Origin: Octopus sinensis
Taxonomy: Eukaryota
DNA length: 64,000 nucleotides
NCBI RefSeq assembly: GCF_006345805.1
Contig: NC_043003.1
Span: 63,860,001 to 63,924,000 of the forward strand
Direction of reading: 5' to 3'
Shown here: piece by piece, positions 1-13,400 of the stretch
Numbering within the stretch: position 1 is the stretch's first letter
Layout: each line of letters begins with the position of its first letter
The notes under the pieces: model-generated
The model's input: only the letters and a program-made list of their open reading frames with translations
What the model was told of the DNA's origin: nothing
Databases searched by the model: none
Translations under genes and position numbers: made by a program

Positions 1-55
1 ATATATACATGCATATATATATATATATATAATATATATATAATATATATATATG

Positions 56-805
56 AGTACAGGACACCACAAATAACGTAGAACACAACAAGAGACGAAA
101 ACATAATATCAAACAAGGAAACAGACTTTTTTTAAACAACGAAAAAATAGAGTACAGGACAAACAATACAAGGAAAATTCCATTTCATCAGCTGTATGAC
201 CGAACGCACGCGTTATTTCTCTTCTCTAAGTAAGTTTTTATTTGAATAATCATGACGCGCACTCTTTGACCTTTCCTCCCTGCCTGTCTGTCTTTCCTCT
301 GTACTTGTCTCTCTCCTTCTTATTTTTCACCCTTTTTGGTTTCTCCCCCCTCTCTCCTCCTCCTCCTCCTCCTGACCAGAGGGCTGCTAAAACTTTCTTT
401 CAGCTTCGTGCTTCAACAAGTATAGATCGACTTCTGTCCTTCGTAAGCCGATTTTTCACATGCGTTCTAACTAATTTTTCCACCGTCTAGGCAAAAAAAA
501 TCCTTATTCTTGGTTCCCTGTCCTGTTTCTTCATTTGTATTGCTTTTAAATCCTGTTTTTGTCACTTGTTTTACCCCTCTGCAAAAGAATTTTATTTAAT
601 TCCTTTTGCAGGAAGGATTGCCTTGGCTGTGTTCTGTCCTTACCTTCGAAACACGCATGGAGTCGAACCAGGGACAGCTGATGAAGGGGAATTTTCCTTG
701 TATTGTTTGTCCTGTACTCTGTTTTTTCGTTATTTAAAAAAATCCGTTTCCTTGTTTGATTTTATGTTTTCGTCTCTCGTTGTGTTCTATTTGTGGTGTC
801 CTGTA

Positions 806-808
<3 letters not shown>
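56..808 (+). mobile_element. Putative Penelope-like non-autonomous element with inverted copy of its 3' tail (arms ~56-195 and ~674-808), inserted in (TA)n
   Basis: 56-195 is the reverse complement of 674-808 (~90% by eye); CTGATGAAGG at the inner boundary of the right arm; related to 46285-46655. Confidence 0.55.
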
Positions 809-879
<71 letters not shown>

Positions 880-1068
880 GCATGTATCCTCAGAGCTGCA
901 GCCAAACATATAGTGATGTTTGGTTCAACAAGAGAAAGAGGAAAGAGTATTCAGTATATGGAGAGTAAGTTTGTGTGTGTGTATTTATATATACATATAC
1001 ATATATATATATACATATAGACATATATATATACACATATACATACATATATATATATATATACATTC

Positions 1069-1099
<31 letters not shown>

Positions 1100-1324
1100 T
1101 ATATATATACATTCATATATATATATATATATATATACATTCATATATATATATATATATATATATATCTATATATATATATATATATATACATTCATAT
1201 ATATATATATATATATAACATTCATATATATATATATATATACATTCATATACATATATATACATTCATATATATAATATATACATTCATATACATATAT
1301 AATATATATATATATATATATATA

Positions 1325-1356
<32 letters not shown>
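809..1356. repeat. (TA)n/(TACA)n microsatellite arrays with a short unique spacer
   Basis: Direct reading; source of the YIYI ORFs. Confidence 0.95.
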
Positions 1357-1358
<2 letters not shown>

Positions 1359-1449
1359 ACGGGAAGGTTTACGAAAATAAACAAAAGACGAAGGCAGGTG
1401 GAGTACAAACAAACAATTGTATTTGTATGCCACTCAGGAATAAAAATAG

Positions 1450-1524
<75 letters not shown>

Positions 1525-1706
1525 CCATGTTGATTCGTTAGCTACTGCAAACATTTTTTTCTCTCTGTGTATCTTTCTGTTGAAGAGCGTAGGCTCGAAA
1601 CGTTAAAGACTTGTTTTATTTATATTTCCTGAGCGCCATACTAATATAATTGTTCGTTTGTTTTCCACCTGCCTTCGTCTTTTGTCTATTTTCATAAAGC
1701 TTCCCG

Positions 1707-1709
<3 letters not shown>
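1357..1709 (+). mobile_element. PLE-type non-autonomous element: inverted tail (1357-1455), (TA)n, HHR plus tail (1523-1709)
   Basis: 1357-1455 is the reverse complement of 1611-1709; HHR-like fold at 1572-1609; related to 21732-21905. Confidence 0.65.
1572..1609 (+). ncRNA. Minimal type-I hammerhead-like motif (core CUGUUGA)
   Basis: tcttt CTGTTGA a gagc gtag gctc GAAA cg tt aaaga: stem I tcttt/aaaga, stem II gagc/gctc, palindromic AACGTT stem III. Confidence 0.6.
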
Positions 1710-1746
<37 letters not shown>

Positions 1747-1870
1747 ATATATATATACATGTATATATACATACATATATATATACATATATATACATAC
1801 GTATATATACATATATATACATATACATACATATATAATTATACATATATATGCATATACACACACATAC

Positions 1871-1934
<64 letters not shown>

Positions 1935-2358
1935 TATATATGAGACTGTCTTTAATAGACAGCATATAGCTTTATTAAAAAGTAATCGAAAAATTATTTG
2001 TGTGTGTATTTGGTTAAGGAAGGAAAAAAAATGCTGGATTAGTCTATTTGGGTAGAAAAAAGTTGTTGATCGTTTCCTATTATTTATCTTGTGCAAAAAT
2101 GCGTAAAAATCTGAAAAGAGCAAATCATTTTGAGAAAGAATATAAGTTTAGTTTTTGAACTGTAAAATTCAGGTGAAACTGAATTACGCTAATGCTTCGC
2201 TATAACCTTACATATAGTGCATTTGAACAACACTTTATGGGGGAAAACCAGTGAAGTGAAAATGTTGTTAAGAAAGCTGGAACAAATCCAATCTGGAATC
2301 AATATGTCTATATTGATAAACTGATGCTGGATAGATAGATAAGTATATATATATATAA

Positions 2359-2409
<51 letters not shown>

Positions 2410-2627
2410 ATATACATATATTTATATATACATATATTTATATTATATATTTATATATATATACACACACGCATGCACGTATATTATATATATGAGGTAT
2501 GATACATAATGCCTGTGAACATGCATAATATATACAGCTACTGGTTAAATTGTTTAGTGTGTATAGTATGTGCAAATCCATTCAACTATGCCTATCTATG
2601 ACAAAGTAGCAGTAAGAACATTGAAAA

Positions 2628-2686
<59 letters not shown>

Positions 2687-2690
2687 TGTG

Positions 2691-2724
<34 letters not shown>

Positions 2725-2976
2725 AAATGGACAACAGTGTACTTAATGCTGATAGAGTGTACATTCACACTAAATCGATTCCGAGTCTAAAAGAAGCTGC
2801 CATGAAGATTGTTGCATGAATGTGACGTCCTAGTTTGTTTCAGGTCGATATTAATCAATAATTAATCAAAGGCCTTTGTATACACAGTAATTGAATTAAA
2901 CCAAAATATCGAAGGAATAGAACAGATGACAGAATAAGTAACGGATGAGAAATATAGATAGGACCTGTAACAGGGT

Positions 2977-3158
2977 GAAGGCAGCGAGCAGGGTAGAAAC
3001 GTTCACAAGTCGGACAAATTGCTTATACGTATTACTTTCAGTTCCCTACGCTCTGAGTTCATATCCTACAGAGGTCAAATAACCCTTTCATCATTTTGGA
3101 GTCGACAAAATAAATTACTACTTAAGTACTGTTCCCTCCCCTCAAAATGGCTGGCCTT
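2977..3158 (+). mobile_element. Degenerate SINE family A
   Basis: Similar to aaggcggcgagctggcagaaacg...gagttcaaat...gtcgataaa...aagtac copies elsewhere in the window. Confidence 0.6.
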
Positions 3159-3420
3159 AAACCCTGAAACGGTCTGGTACCCCGTTCGGGGGGAATGATG
3201 TGACCTCGGCCGCTTACATATCTTGGAAATTGGATAACCAGCCTGATGAGTCCTAAGGTTCGGGGAAAATTAATAAATTAATATAATATGAGGAAGAATT
3301 TGTATGGTAGAGAACTGACTTTACTGAGGCCGAGATCAACTGCCATGCTAAATTTCTTTGGAGACCCTGAAAAATACACAGTCGTATAAAGCGGTAATCT
3401 GGCGGGATAAACAGACAAAC

Positions 3421-3535
<115 letters not shown>

Positions 3536-3544
3536 CGTCCATCA

Positions 3545-3870
3545 TGGCTGCAACTCAATTTCGAGAAATGTCATCTCTTAGTTATTCTCTGAAACATAAC
3601 CTGTGCGAATATCGCTTTTCAGCCCTGCTAGGGAATTGCACAGTTTTTGGTACAGATGTAGCAATGATGGGCGCCTCTTACAGAATATGTTCTAATATTG
3701 TTTTGGGGAACCTTTATATCACCTGATCCACACATTTCCTTAATCGCCTGCAAATAGAGTTACCAAGTGATGCATAGTTAACAACTGCCTTGTGTCTGTG
3801 TGGCTTCTTTGATGACTTATAAGACCCGTCTTACTTAAACAGTCGGATTTGTGGCATTCCTCCACACTTT
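3545..3870 (-). pseudogene. Decayed C2H2-like zinc-finger fragment, probably the 3' end of an RTE-type LINE
   Basis: Minus frame reads EECHKSDCLSKTGLISHQRSHT (~3797-3867), resembling the RTE C-terminal CxxC...GLxSHxRxH motif; frameshifted. Confidence 0.35.
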
Positions 3871-4499
3871 TTTACGTTTTGAGATTAAATCTCTCTTTAT
3901 TGGGAAGGGTTCTATAAAATAAACAATCGAGTTAATAGATTATCTCCCTCTCTAACAAAAAAGAAACACTGCTGACACAGTTGTTGCACAGCTAAAAATC
4001 ATAAATAATATCTACATGTTTGTATATAGTTGTCCTGGGCATGAATTTACACAGCATCAGTTTCGAGAGTTTCAGGGTTTTGAGCAATGAGAAACCATCC
4101 TTTAGCCACTATTGTTCTCGGGTCTAATCTAACCCAGAGTAGTAGCACCGGTCAGGGTCCCAGCTATGAGTTAATTAGCATGTTATAGAATTTAGACCCT
4201 AATGGACAACGGAAACTCTGTAGCTGTTCATCTAAGAGAAGATAACTCTGTACAAATCTTGCATCCTGATAACTATTGGGTTTGTAGCACTTGTTGCAAC
4301 AGGCCAATGCAAATTTGAAGGACGGAAGAGAGAACAGAATTTGCATAAATCGTGCCCACTATAATATTTAACACACAAGTTGTTCAGCAAACCGTGAAGG
4401 CTCGTGGCTTAGTGGATAGGGCATTCGGCTCACGACCTTGCGGTGTAATTTTATAATTAAAACAAATTCAAAATTTAAATTTCAGAACATAAGACTTAC

Positions 4500-4542
4500 C
4501 ACGTTATTTGGTGTATAGCCGCAGTTCCAATGAGTACAAAAC
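4500..4542 (-). CDS. Candidate 43-nt internal exon of an unidentified minus-strand gene
   Basis: Minus strand: catatttctttcag|GTTTTGTACTCATTGGAACTGCGGCTATACACCAAATAACGTG|gtaagtc; two of three frames are open. Confidence 0.35.
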
Positions 4543-5792
4543 CTGAAAGAAATATGTATGCATGTGTGTGTGTGTGTGACTGGGTCTTCAATATCCAGGA
4601 GTCAATTTAAGTTCAATCGCAGAAAGGAATTGAAAATAGCTACACATGCAATCATATACATACACACATTCAGCTTTTCGCTTACATTGATTACATTTTT
4701 TTCTTTTAGTTGTCTGTCACTATTCATGTTTTTTGTTTTTCTTTTTGTTTTGTTTTGTTTTGGGGATTTCACTTTAGCGACACTAGTTACACATAGTACT
4801 AGGAGTTTGCTTGGTGTCGTCAAAATGGAAAACAGATAAATAAGCATGATGTTTTAAAAGTGACTGTCACAGAGATGTGAAAATATGGGTACTACTTGTT
4901 AATTTCAAATTAAATTTACAAAAGTTGAGTGTCTTCCAGCTCCCCCCTAGTGCTCCTTTGCTCCAAAACGCTACCCCACATCGAGCTCCACATGGCCCCC
5001 GTTGAGAACCTCTCATGTAGAGGATGCTAATCGAAGTCTACAGCATTGACCCTGCATACAGGCGACCAGAGGGCGATGGCCGTTTACCACGCTCTTACAC
5101 TGTGTAGCTATACTTTTCTGAATCATTATTCATCGAAACGACGAGAGAGTTTATGAGCTGTCGTTTAATGCCGGTTGGTAAGTAAATCTAATGTGTTCAG
5201 GTATCAACGTATGCACGAAAAAAGAAGAGACATTCTTTTACACTAAAGGTTGAACTAATTTTGTATATTTTACATTTTATCGTTGTTTACAAACAATAGC
5301 GACGTTGTTTACAAGTTTACAACGACACAGTTCAAGACACAGATGTGGTGAGTGACAGGAAAGCATTTATATAATTCGGGCGGGACAAATATCAGAAGGG
5401 ACTTCGAACACATTAGTTTATCAGTTATACCGTTGAAGTTTACTTTTTCTGCCTATTCACGTCGTCCATGTGCACATCTTCACAAGCAGGTACCCATTCA
5501 TTTATGGAAGCGCGCGTGCACACACACACGCACACATTAATATAAGCAAACTCCCACGTATGTACGATGGACTTCTGCAGAGTTTCCTCATGAAGAATTT
5601 CATTCATTCACAAAGGCACTAGGACTATGGTAGACGATTCCTAAATTGATGCGCAATGAAATTGAACCCCGAATGACGTGTCCACGAAACAAACTCCTTT
5701 ACTGCACAATCATGCCTATACCTACGACTCGAGCAACTTTTAAATCCATACAAATTATAACAGATATTATATGATATAACTGTAAATATATA

Positions 5793-6684
5793 CGAGATCT
5801 GAGCAATAAGTATCCGGGCTGTTGCCATAGTAACAAAGCTAAAGCACGCAAAATAAAGTCGTTTGACAAAGATTGACCTTGAAATATGCTGTGCATGCGC
5901 ACTAAGTTTTAGCGTTATAGCTAACTTTTGCTGTTTACAGCAGTGCTGGGTGGGAAGGTATGTAGCTTGTGATCATCGCATTGACCATTACAGAGAAAGT
6001 TGTCATGACGATACTTACTCAGAGGCCTGTGCAAAGTTGCAGACAGTGTATGGAGTGGAGTGTATGAACCGTACGCAAGTTTACGAGTGTTTCAGGCGTT
6101 TTCAAGATGGCCGAAAAAATGTCGATATTAAGGAACGTTCTGGGAGATCCGCAACCAGCAGAACTGAGAAAAACATTGCAGATGTGCGTGCAGCTGTGAG
6201 GGGAAACTCGTCAAATCCCTATCCGTGGGTTATCATAGGACGTGCAGATTAATTACGGTTCAGTTCAGTCCATTATTCCTGAAGATTTGGGTATGAGACG
6301 CGTGTCTGCCAAGTTAGTGCCAAAAATGCTTTCAGCTGACCAAAAATACACTCGGGTTTCAGTTGCACAAGATCTTGATTGTGTCAAAAATGATGAAAAT
6401 TTTTTTGAAAACTTTGCATAGGCCTCTGAGCAGGTTTCGCCCGGCATTTGTCAAAATTTGATGCAGATTCTCTGCTCAACTTTCTGTCATTGTCAATGTG
6501 ACTATCACACGCTACACATCTTCCTTCCAAGCTCTACTGTAAACAGCGGATGTGAGTTAGAACTTTAAAATTTAGTGCGCATGCACAGCAGAGTTCAAGG
6601 TCAATCTGTGCCAAGCGGCTTTACTCTGCATACCTTAGCTCCATTACTATGGCAACAGTCCGGATATTTATTGATCAGACCACG
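5793..6684 (+). mobile_element. Internally deleted mariner element with ~120-bp TIRs and TA flanks
   Basis: TIRs ~5793-5910 and ~6567-6684; transposase HTH remnant SEACAKLQTVYGVECMNRTQVYECFRRFQDGRKNVDIKERSGRSATSRTEKN, then EDLGMRRVSAKLVPKML; catalytic domain absent. Confidence 0.88.
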
Positions 6685-6695
6685 TATGTATAATA

Positions 6696-7076
6696 CGGTG
6701 CAGGCACAGCTATGTGGTTAAGAAGCTCCCTTTGCAAACCACAGAGTTTCGAGTTCAATCCTATTGCTGGAAACCTGGGCGATTGTCTTTTACTATATCT
6801 CCGAGCTGACCAATGCATTTGGAGTGCACCCATTGCCTATACATATATGTAACTGAATGAGTACATATTTGTCCTCCCTTAACTACTGCTTGCAACCGGT
6901 GTTGTTCTGTTTATGTTCCTGTAACTTAGCGATTCGGCAAAAGAGAACGACAGAATATATACCAGACTTTTAAAAAATCAATACTGGGATCGATTTGTTC
7001 GACTAAAACTCGTTCAAGTTAGTGCTCCAACATGGGCGCAGCTCAATGTCTGAAACAAATAAAAGTTAAAAGATAA
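6696..7076 (+). mobile_element. Degenerate SINE family B (tRNA head, CORE-like body)
   Basis: Head gctatgtggttaag...gagttcaatcc; tail gtgctccaacatgg...tgaaacaaataaaag. Confidence 0.7.
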
Positions 7077-7852
7077 GGCAGAGAGGTGTGAAAGCCATTC
7101 CGATAATGTTTGTACCATTTCTAATCCGGACGAAGGCAGTTTTGTATTCTTGTAGTTTCGTATTAATATAGTCAATAGCTGTAGTATACAGTGAATCAGA
7201 TTTCATTAAATATTATTTCCTCTCTTGGAGAACTGTCCATACAGCTCGTGAGCTTGTGTAAAGAAACGACCATTTATACAGTTACTGTCTTGGAATGAAT
7301 ATGAAATGACAAACAATGGAAGTATATAACTATAATAACAGCCGAAGATTAAATCTAGCTAATACGAGAAATTTATTATCTGCTACAAAGAGAATTTATA
7401 ATGAAATTCTTAGAAAGTCAATTAAATGAACATCTTCAGAAATTTTAAGTAATTGCATACAAGTACATTTCGAGAAAAACCTTTTGAAATTCTTTACTAA
7501 TAAGAAGTGGTTATGAAAGACCTTATTTCAAGTATTCTATGCTGAGGTAAAATTAAACATTTTTAATTTTCAGCAAATATAATAAACTTGGTGAGAACGA
7601 ATAGAGAATTGACAGCATACAAGACATACAAGTTTGAATATGTCTTTTAATAAGTCTTCGAACTTTTCCAAAGACAGCTTGAATTTAGTTTTATTCAAAC
7701 GAAAATATTATTGTCTACATAGACTAACAATGGAAATCTCTAAACGCCAAGTCATGTGACCTAATTTTTCATTTTTCTGTTTTTACTAAAATGATTTTGG
7801 AAGCATATTATTCTTTGATTAATCAAGTTTTGCCATTCAAAGGATACTTTAA

Positions 7853-7872
7853 AAATAATAATGATAATAATA

Positions 7873-7932
<60 letters not shown>

Positions 7933-7990
7933 CGACGACGACAGAACAACAGCAATAACGTCAATAATAATAATAATAATAATAATAATT
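7853..7990. repeat. (TAA)n/(TGA)n/(CGA)n compound microsatellite
   Basis: Direct reading. Confidence 0.92.
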
Positions 7991-8191
7991 ATAATGTCTT
8001 CAATAGTGTTATTTCATCAATAATTATATAAGGATGCTTCACTTTTCAAGAAGTAGATGGTTGAAATATTTCCCAGAATTCACAAATGAAAAAAAGTAAA
8101 AGAAAAAGTAAAAAGAAAATGGCTGCTGATTTCTACATGCTTTGAAATATGGAAATTTTATTCTGAAATATTATAACTGCAGCCGCCAGAA

Positions 8192-8505
8192 CCACACCAC
8201 CACCACCACCACCACCACCACCACCACCACCACAGCCACTACCATTGCTGCTGCCGCTGCCACCGCATCTACAATTACTACTACAACTATTGCTAATAAT
8301 AGTACCACTGCTACTACTACTACTACTACTACAATCTCAGCTGTTGCTGCTACTACTACTGTCACTGCTATTATTACTACCACTTCTACTGCTAATATTA
8401 CTTTTACTACAACTCTGCCTACTACTATTACTCCTTCTCCTCCTCCTCCTCCTACTACTACTACTACTATTACTACTACTACTAACTACTACTACTACTA
8501 CTACT
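8192..8505. repeat. (CCA)n/(CTA)n/(CTG)n low-complexity tract
   Basis: Direct reading; source of the poly-T/poly-L ORFs. Confidence 0.9.
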
Positions 8506-8702
8506 GATTTCATGTTGCTGCGAGTTTCAAGTACGTTCTAATGATGGTGATAAGCGCTGTTTGTAATTTTGGTAATCTCGCGAGATATAAATCTGAAAAT
8601 TAATACATTCAAAAAAAGAAAAAAAAAAGAAAAGAAAAGAACATCTAATGCATGCAGTTTAAAGATTATTCTTCCGGAAAGACGATAACACAAATGATAA
8701 TC

Positions 8703-8900
8703 GTTTTTACTATAAGCACAATGCCTGAAATTTAGCGGGAGGGGACTAGACGATTACATCGACACCAGTGTTTCACTGGTACGTAATTTATCGACCCCGA
8801 AGGGATGAAAGGCAAAGATGATCTCGGTGAAATTTGAACTCAACACGTGAAGACGGACGAAATTCCGCTAGGTATGTTGCCCGGCGTGCTAACGATTCTG
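8703..8900 (-). mobile_element. SINE family A
   Basis: Reverse complement of the family A consensus seen at 33671. Confidence 0.8.
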
Positions 8901-9004
8901 CCTACTCACCGCATTGATGATGATAATGATGATAATGATGATGATGATGATGATAATAATAATATAATAATAATAATAATATAATAATAATAATAAATAA
9001 TAAT

Positions 9005-9478
9005 AATAAAAGATGGGCTACAGCAAATATTCTGCTCAATACCACAGACTTGCTTGTCAGTTGTTTGACCTTAACCAGTTGAGCATGTCCCTTAGTGGCT
9101 GACGGTATGTGCATCTCTGATCACGAGCAGAAGTAGTGGGGGAGCATCATAGCCATATGTTGAGAAGGATTCTTTGGGGTTTGAATAATTCACCTCTGGA
9201 AACATGGGTGTTTCGTTCAACGTCCTTAAACAACCCTTATTCAGGGACCTTTTGAGCGGGATGGGTTACTCGATCTGAAGAAAATTCTAACTGGGCTCCA
9301 CCTGCAAGGTCATGTGCTGTTTGTCTTGATATGGGATCGCCGTGTCGCGCACATATGGTTGTGATGCATGTGCCTAGTGTACCCTTATCGGACGGGTAGT
9401 CGTGATGGGTATGCTGGGCTTCGTATATTTTACCCCAGTGTCACTTTGATGGCATGCTCTGCTCGCTCACTCAATAAT
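9005..9478 (+). mobile_element. Interspersed repeat, probable LINE 3' UTR with (TAA)n tail, copy 1
   Basis: Highly similar to 9750-10211; ends gctcactcaataataa. Confidence 0.65.
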
Positions 9479-9491
9479 AATAATAATCATT

Positions 9492-9687
9492 TCTACTATA
9501 GGCGCAAAATCTGAAATTTGGGTGGGGTGACTAGTCGATTACCTCGACCCAAGTGGTTCACTGGTACTTAATTTATCGTCCCCGAAAGGATGAAGGGTAA
9601 AGTTGACCTCGGCGGAATTTGAACCAACAACGTAGCAGCAGACGAAATGCCGCTAAGCATTTCGCCCGGCGCGCTAACGATTCTGCA
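9492..9687 (-). mobile_element. SINE family A
   Basis: Reverse complement of family A. Confidence 0.8.
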
Positions 9688-10211
9688 AGCTCACGGCTTC
9701 TGGTCTTAACTGATTGGAAGTGTTATCACGTACATTGTTTTGTCTTTGTATAAAAGATGGGCTACAGCAAATATTCTGCTCAATACCACAGATTTTCTTA
9801 TCAGTTGCTTGACCTTAACCAGTTGAGTATGTCCCTCGGTGGCTGATGATATGTGTATCTCTGATCACGAGCAGAAGTAGTTGGGGAGCATCATAGCCAT
9901 GTGCTGAGAGGAATTCTTTGGGGTTTGGATAACTCACCTTTGGAAACATAGGTGGTTCGTTCAACATTTTCAAAAAACCCTTATTCAGGGAGCTTTTAAG
10001 CGGGATGGATTACTTGACCTGAAGAAAATTAACTGGACCCCACCTACAATATCATGCGCTGTTTATCTTGATATGAGATCACCATGTCGCACACATATGG
10101 TTGTGATCCATGTGCCTAGTGTACCCTTAGACGGGTAGTCATGATGGGTATACTGGGTTTCGTATATTTTACGTCAGTGTCACTTTGATGGCATGCATTG
10201 CTCTCTCACTT
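9688..10211 (+). mobile_element. Probable LINE 3' UTR, copy 2 (extends further 5')
   Basis: Direct repeat of 9005-9473 with many substitutions. Confidence 0.65.
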
Positions 10212-10245
10212 AAAAACGATAATAATTCTTTCTTCTTTTCGTTAT

Positions 10246-10700
<455 letters not shown>

Positions 10701-10836
10701 CATCTACACCTAGAATTTCGGGTGAGTGGGTAAGTCGGTTACATCAACCCCCAGTGCTTAACTGGTGTTAATTTTATCGACTATTTTGAGACTTTGATAA
10801 GTTTGAAAAACAATATGGCATAATATAGAAAGACAA

Positions 10837-11046
10837 AGGCGGTGAGCTGGCAGAAACGTTAGCACGCCGAGCGAAATGCTTAACAGTATTTCGTCTGCCG
10901 CTAGAGTTCAAATTCCGCCGATGTTGACTTTGCCTTTCATCCTTTCGAGATCGATAAATTAAGTACCAGTTGCGTACTGGAGTCGATCTAATCCACTGCC
11001 CCCCCTTCCCCCAAAATTTCCGGCCTTGTGCTTACAGTAGAAAAGG
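10837..11046 (+). mobile_element. SINE family A monomer with 17-bp TSD
   Basis: ataatatagaaagacaa / ataatctagaaagacaa flank the element (1 mismatch). Confidence 0.85.
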
Positions 11047-11221
11047 ATAATCTAGAAAGACAACGACTGCGAAATACACTTCTCACAGTTGCTTAGACTT
11101 ATTGTAAGCCAGGGTAAGTACTGTCTGATATGGAAGGCTGTGACTAAATGCAACCTGAAGAGATCGAACATGGATACCAGCGGCTGGGTCACAGAAAACA
11201 GATAGGGACAGAAGGTAGTGG

Positions 11222-11224
11222 ATG

Positions 11225-11321
<97 letters not shown>

Positions 11322-11582
11322 CACGAAAGAGTGGGTGGGTGGACAGATAGATAGGTAGACGAAAGAATGGGTGGGTGAATGGATAGATAGACAGACAGAC
11401 AGACAGATAGACAGTCAGACAGATATAATGACTAGATAGATGAGGAGGAGGAGTAGGAGGAGGAAGGGGAGGGGAGGGGTGGAGGAGGATGGTGTTGATT
11501 TTCGATGATGACGACGACGACGATGATGACGACGGCGGTGGTGGTGACGACGATGGCGACGGCGACGATGACGATGATTTTA
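11222..11582. repeat. (AGAT)n, (AGAC)n, (GGA)n and (GAC/GAT)n compound repeats
   Basis: Direct reading. Confidence 0.9.
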
Positions 11583-12252
11583 ACGTAGACATAATGACTC
11601 AGAATTCCGAAAGAAAGGAAAAGGCAAGCAAATGGAGGAGTCACAAACACCCCGATACCGTTCCAAGAAGCAGTTAAGATAAATCTTAGAAAACCCACCA
11701 CAATAGTACAAACCCTAAAGCTTAACACTGAATTGTTTAACAACAAAGCCGTCATTGTATTATTGAAGAAATGTAACACAGCCATACTTAAATACGTCCT
11801 GAGTTTTTACAAAGGAGTGAGAAGTGAGTTGGCATACAAGAATGATTTAAGCTTGCAATGCAGATATATTTCTATACACACTGATATTACACTCTCCTCC
11901 TTTTAATTTTCTTTCTTTTACATTTTCCATCTGACTTCCGGTTTACTACCTGCTATTTTTTTCTCGCTTTATATATATATATTTATACAGACATACTTCT
12001 CTCTTTCTCTCACTCTCCTTCATTCTTTCTTCTCTCGATATTCACTCCATTCACATTTCCTTATCTAGCTTTCTCTCAATATCTCGTCCACGGGCTGCTG
12101 CACACTTCTTTCCGTATAATTTTCTCCTCTATATTCCCATGATGATTCACGTATTTTTTTCTCCCCCTATTTCTTAGCTCCCTCTCTCTCCCTCTCTCTC
12201 TACTTCTCTGAATCGCTGTTATTCTGGTAATACTTTTCACACAATGTATTCA

Positions 12253-12363
12253 TTAAAGTTGTTGGAGCGAAGAAACCACTATATTAAACAGAGACATAAA
12301 CAATAATAGTGTACCAAACAAGTAATAAACCACTGGAAACAATCCACACAAAACCGCCGCCAT
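12253..12363 (-). CDS. Candidate 36-aa hydrophobic smORF or first coding exon (MAAVLCGLFPVVYYLFGTLLLFMSLFNIVVSSLQQL*)
   Basis: AAAATGGCGGCGG start context (also a YY1-like motif) in unique sequence; below the ORF-track length cut-off. Confidence 0.2.
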   Translation of the reverse strand: MAAVLCGLFPVVYYLFGTLLLFMSLFNIVVSSLQQL

Positions 12364-12939
12364 TTTATTATGCCTCTTTTTCAGTTCTGCCAAACGAGCT
12401 GACGTTTTTGTCTCATTCTTTATTTCCTTTTTTTTTATATATTTTCACCAGAATTCTTTCTCATTGCAATATTTTCAAATTCTTACTGCCTATTAGTCAA
12501 TCAATGTAGATTTACATTAATAATAAGCGTATATTTTATGTGTTTCATCTCGATTCTGACAGTTTGGAATATAAAGATTGATCAGTTCTAATCTGATCTA
12601 ATTTCAATAGTTAGCACTGACAAAATCTCACTCAAATTCTCTGAAAGGCCCATTTGGGAACTGAAAGCTATTGTTAACCATTTATTGCGATAATTCCTCG
12701 CTGAAATATTCCATAAAATAAAGCAGTCAATTTATTTCGATGGTGGAATAAATCATCCTCCGCCCTCACCACACATAACTTGGCAGCGTGTGAACATTTC
12801 AAGCACTAACAGAGGTAAAAAAATAATTAAAAAGAGTTTTAAGAGATACATTTCTGAAGCATATTATTACAGACATACATCACACACTCACACAGCGCGC
12901 GCTATTACATTCATTCAAACTTATATCACATACTGGTAT

Positions 12940-12962
12940 GTATGTATGTGTATATATATATC

Positions 12963-13005
<43 letters not shown>

Positions 13006-13218
13006 ATACATACATATCAACGCACACACACCACACACATACACACACCACCCTATATGTCTATAGGTATATCTCTGTATATACACAAACTAATATCATG
13101 TACTGGTATAATATAGTATATATATAATATATATATATATATATACATGCATATAATAAATATATATATATTATATATATATATATATACATACTATATA
13201 TATCTATATCTATACTAC

Positions 13219-13284
<66 letters not shown>

Positions 13285-13295
13285 TATATATATAT

Positions 13296-13348
<53 letters not shown>

Positions 13349-13400
13349 TTTTACATTCACATACACATACATAGACATACATATATACTTATATACATAC
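12940..13400. repeat. (TA)n-rich microsatellite
   Basis: Direct reading. Confidence 0.92.

Noticed and set aside
5100-5190. Plus-strand gtaagt donor after IIIHRNDERVYELSFNAG
   Set aside because: In-frame stop immediately upstream and no good acceptor.
7853-8505. Poly-His/Tyr/Thr 'mucin-like' ORFs
   Set aside because: Trinucleotide repeats without splice signals or flanking coding context.
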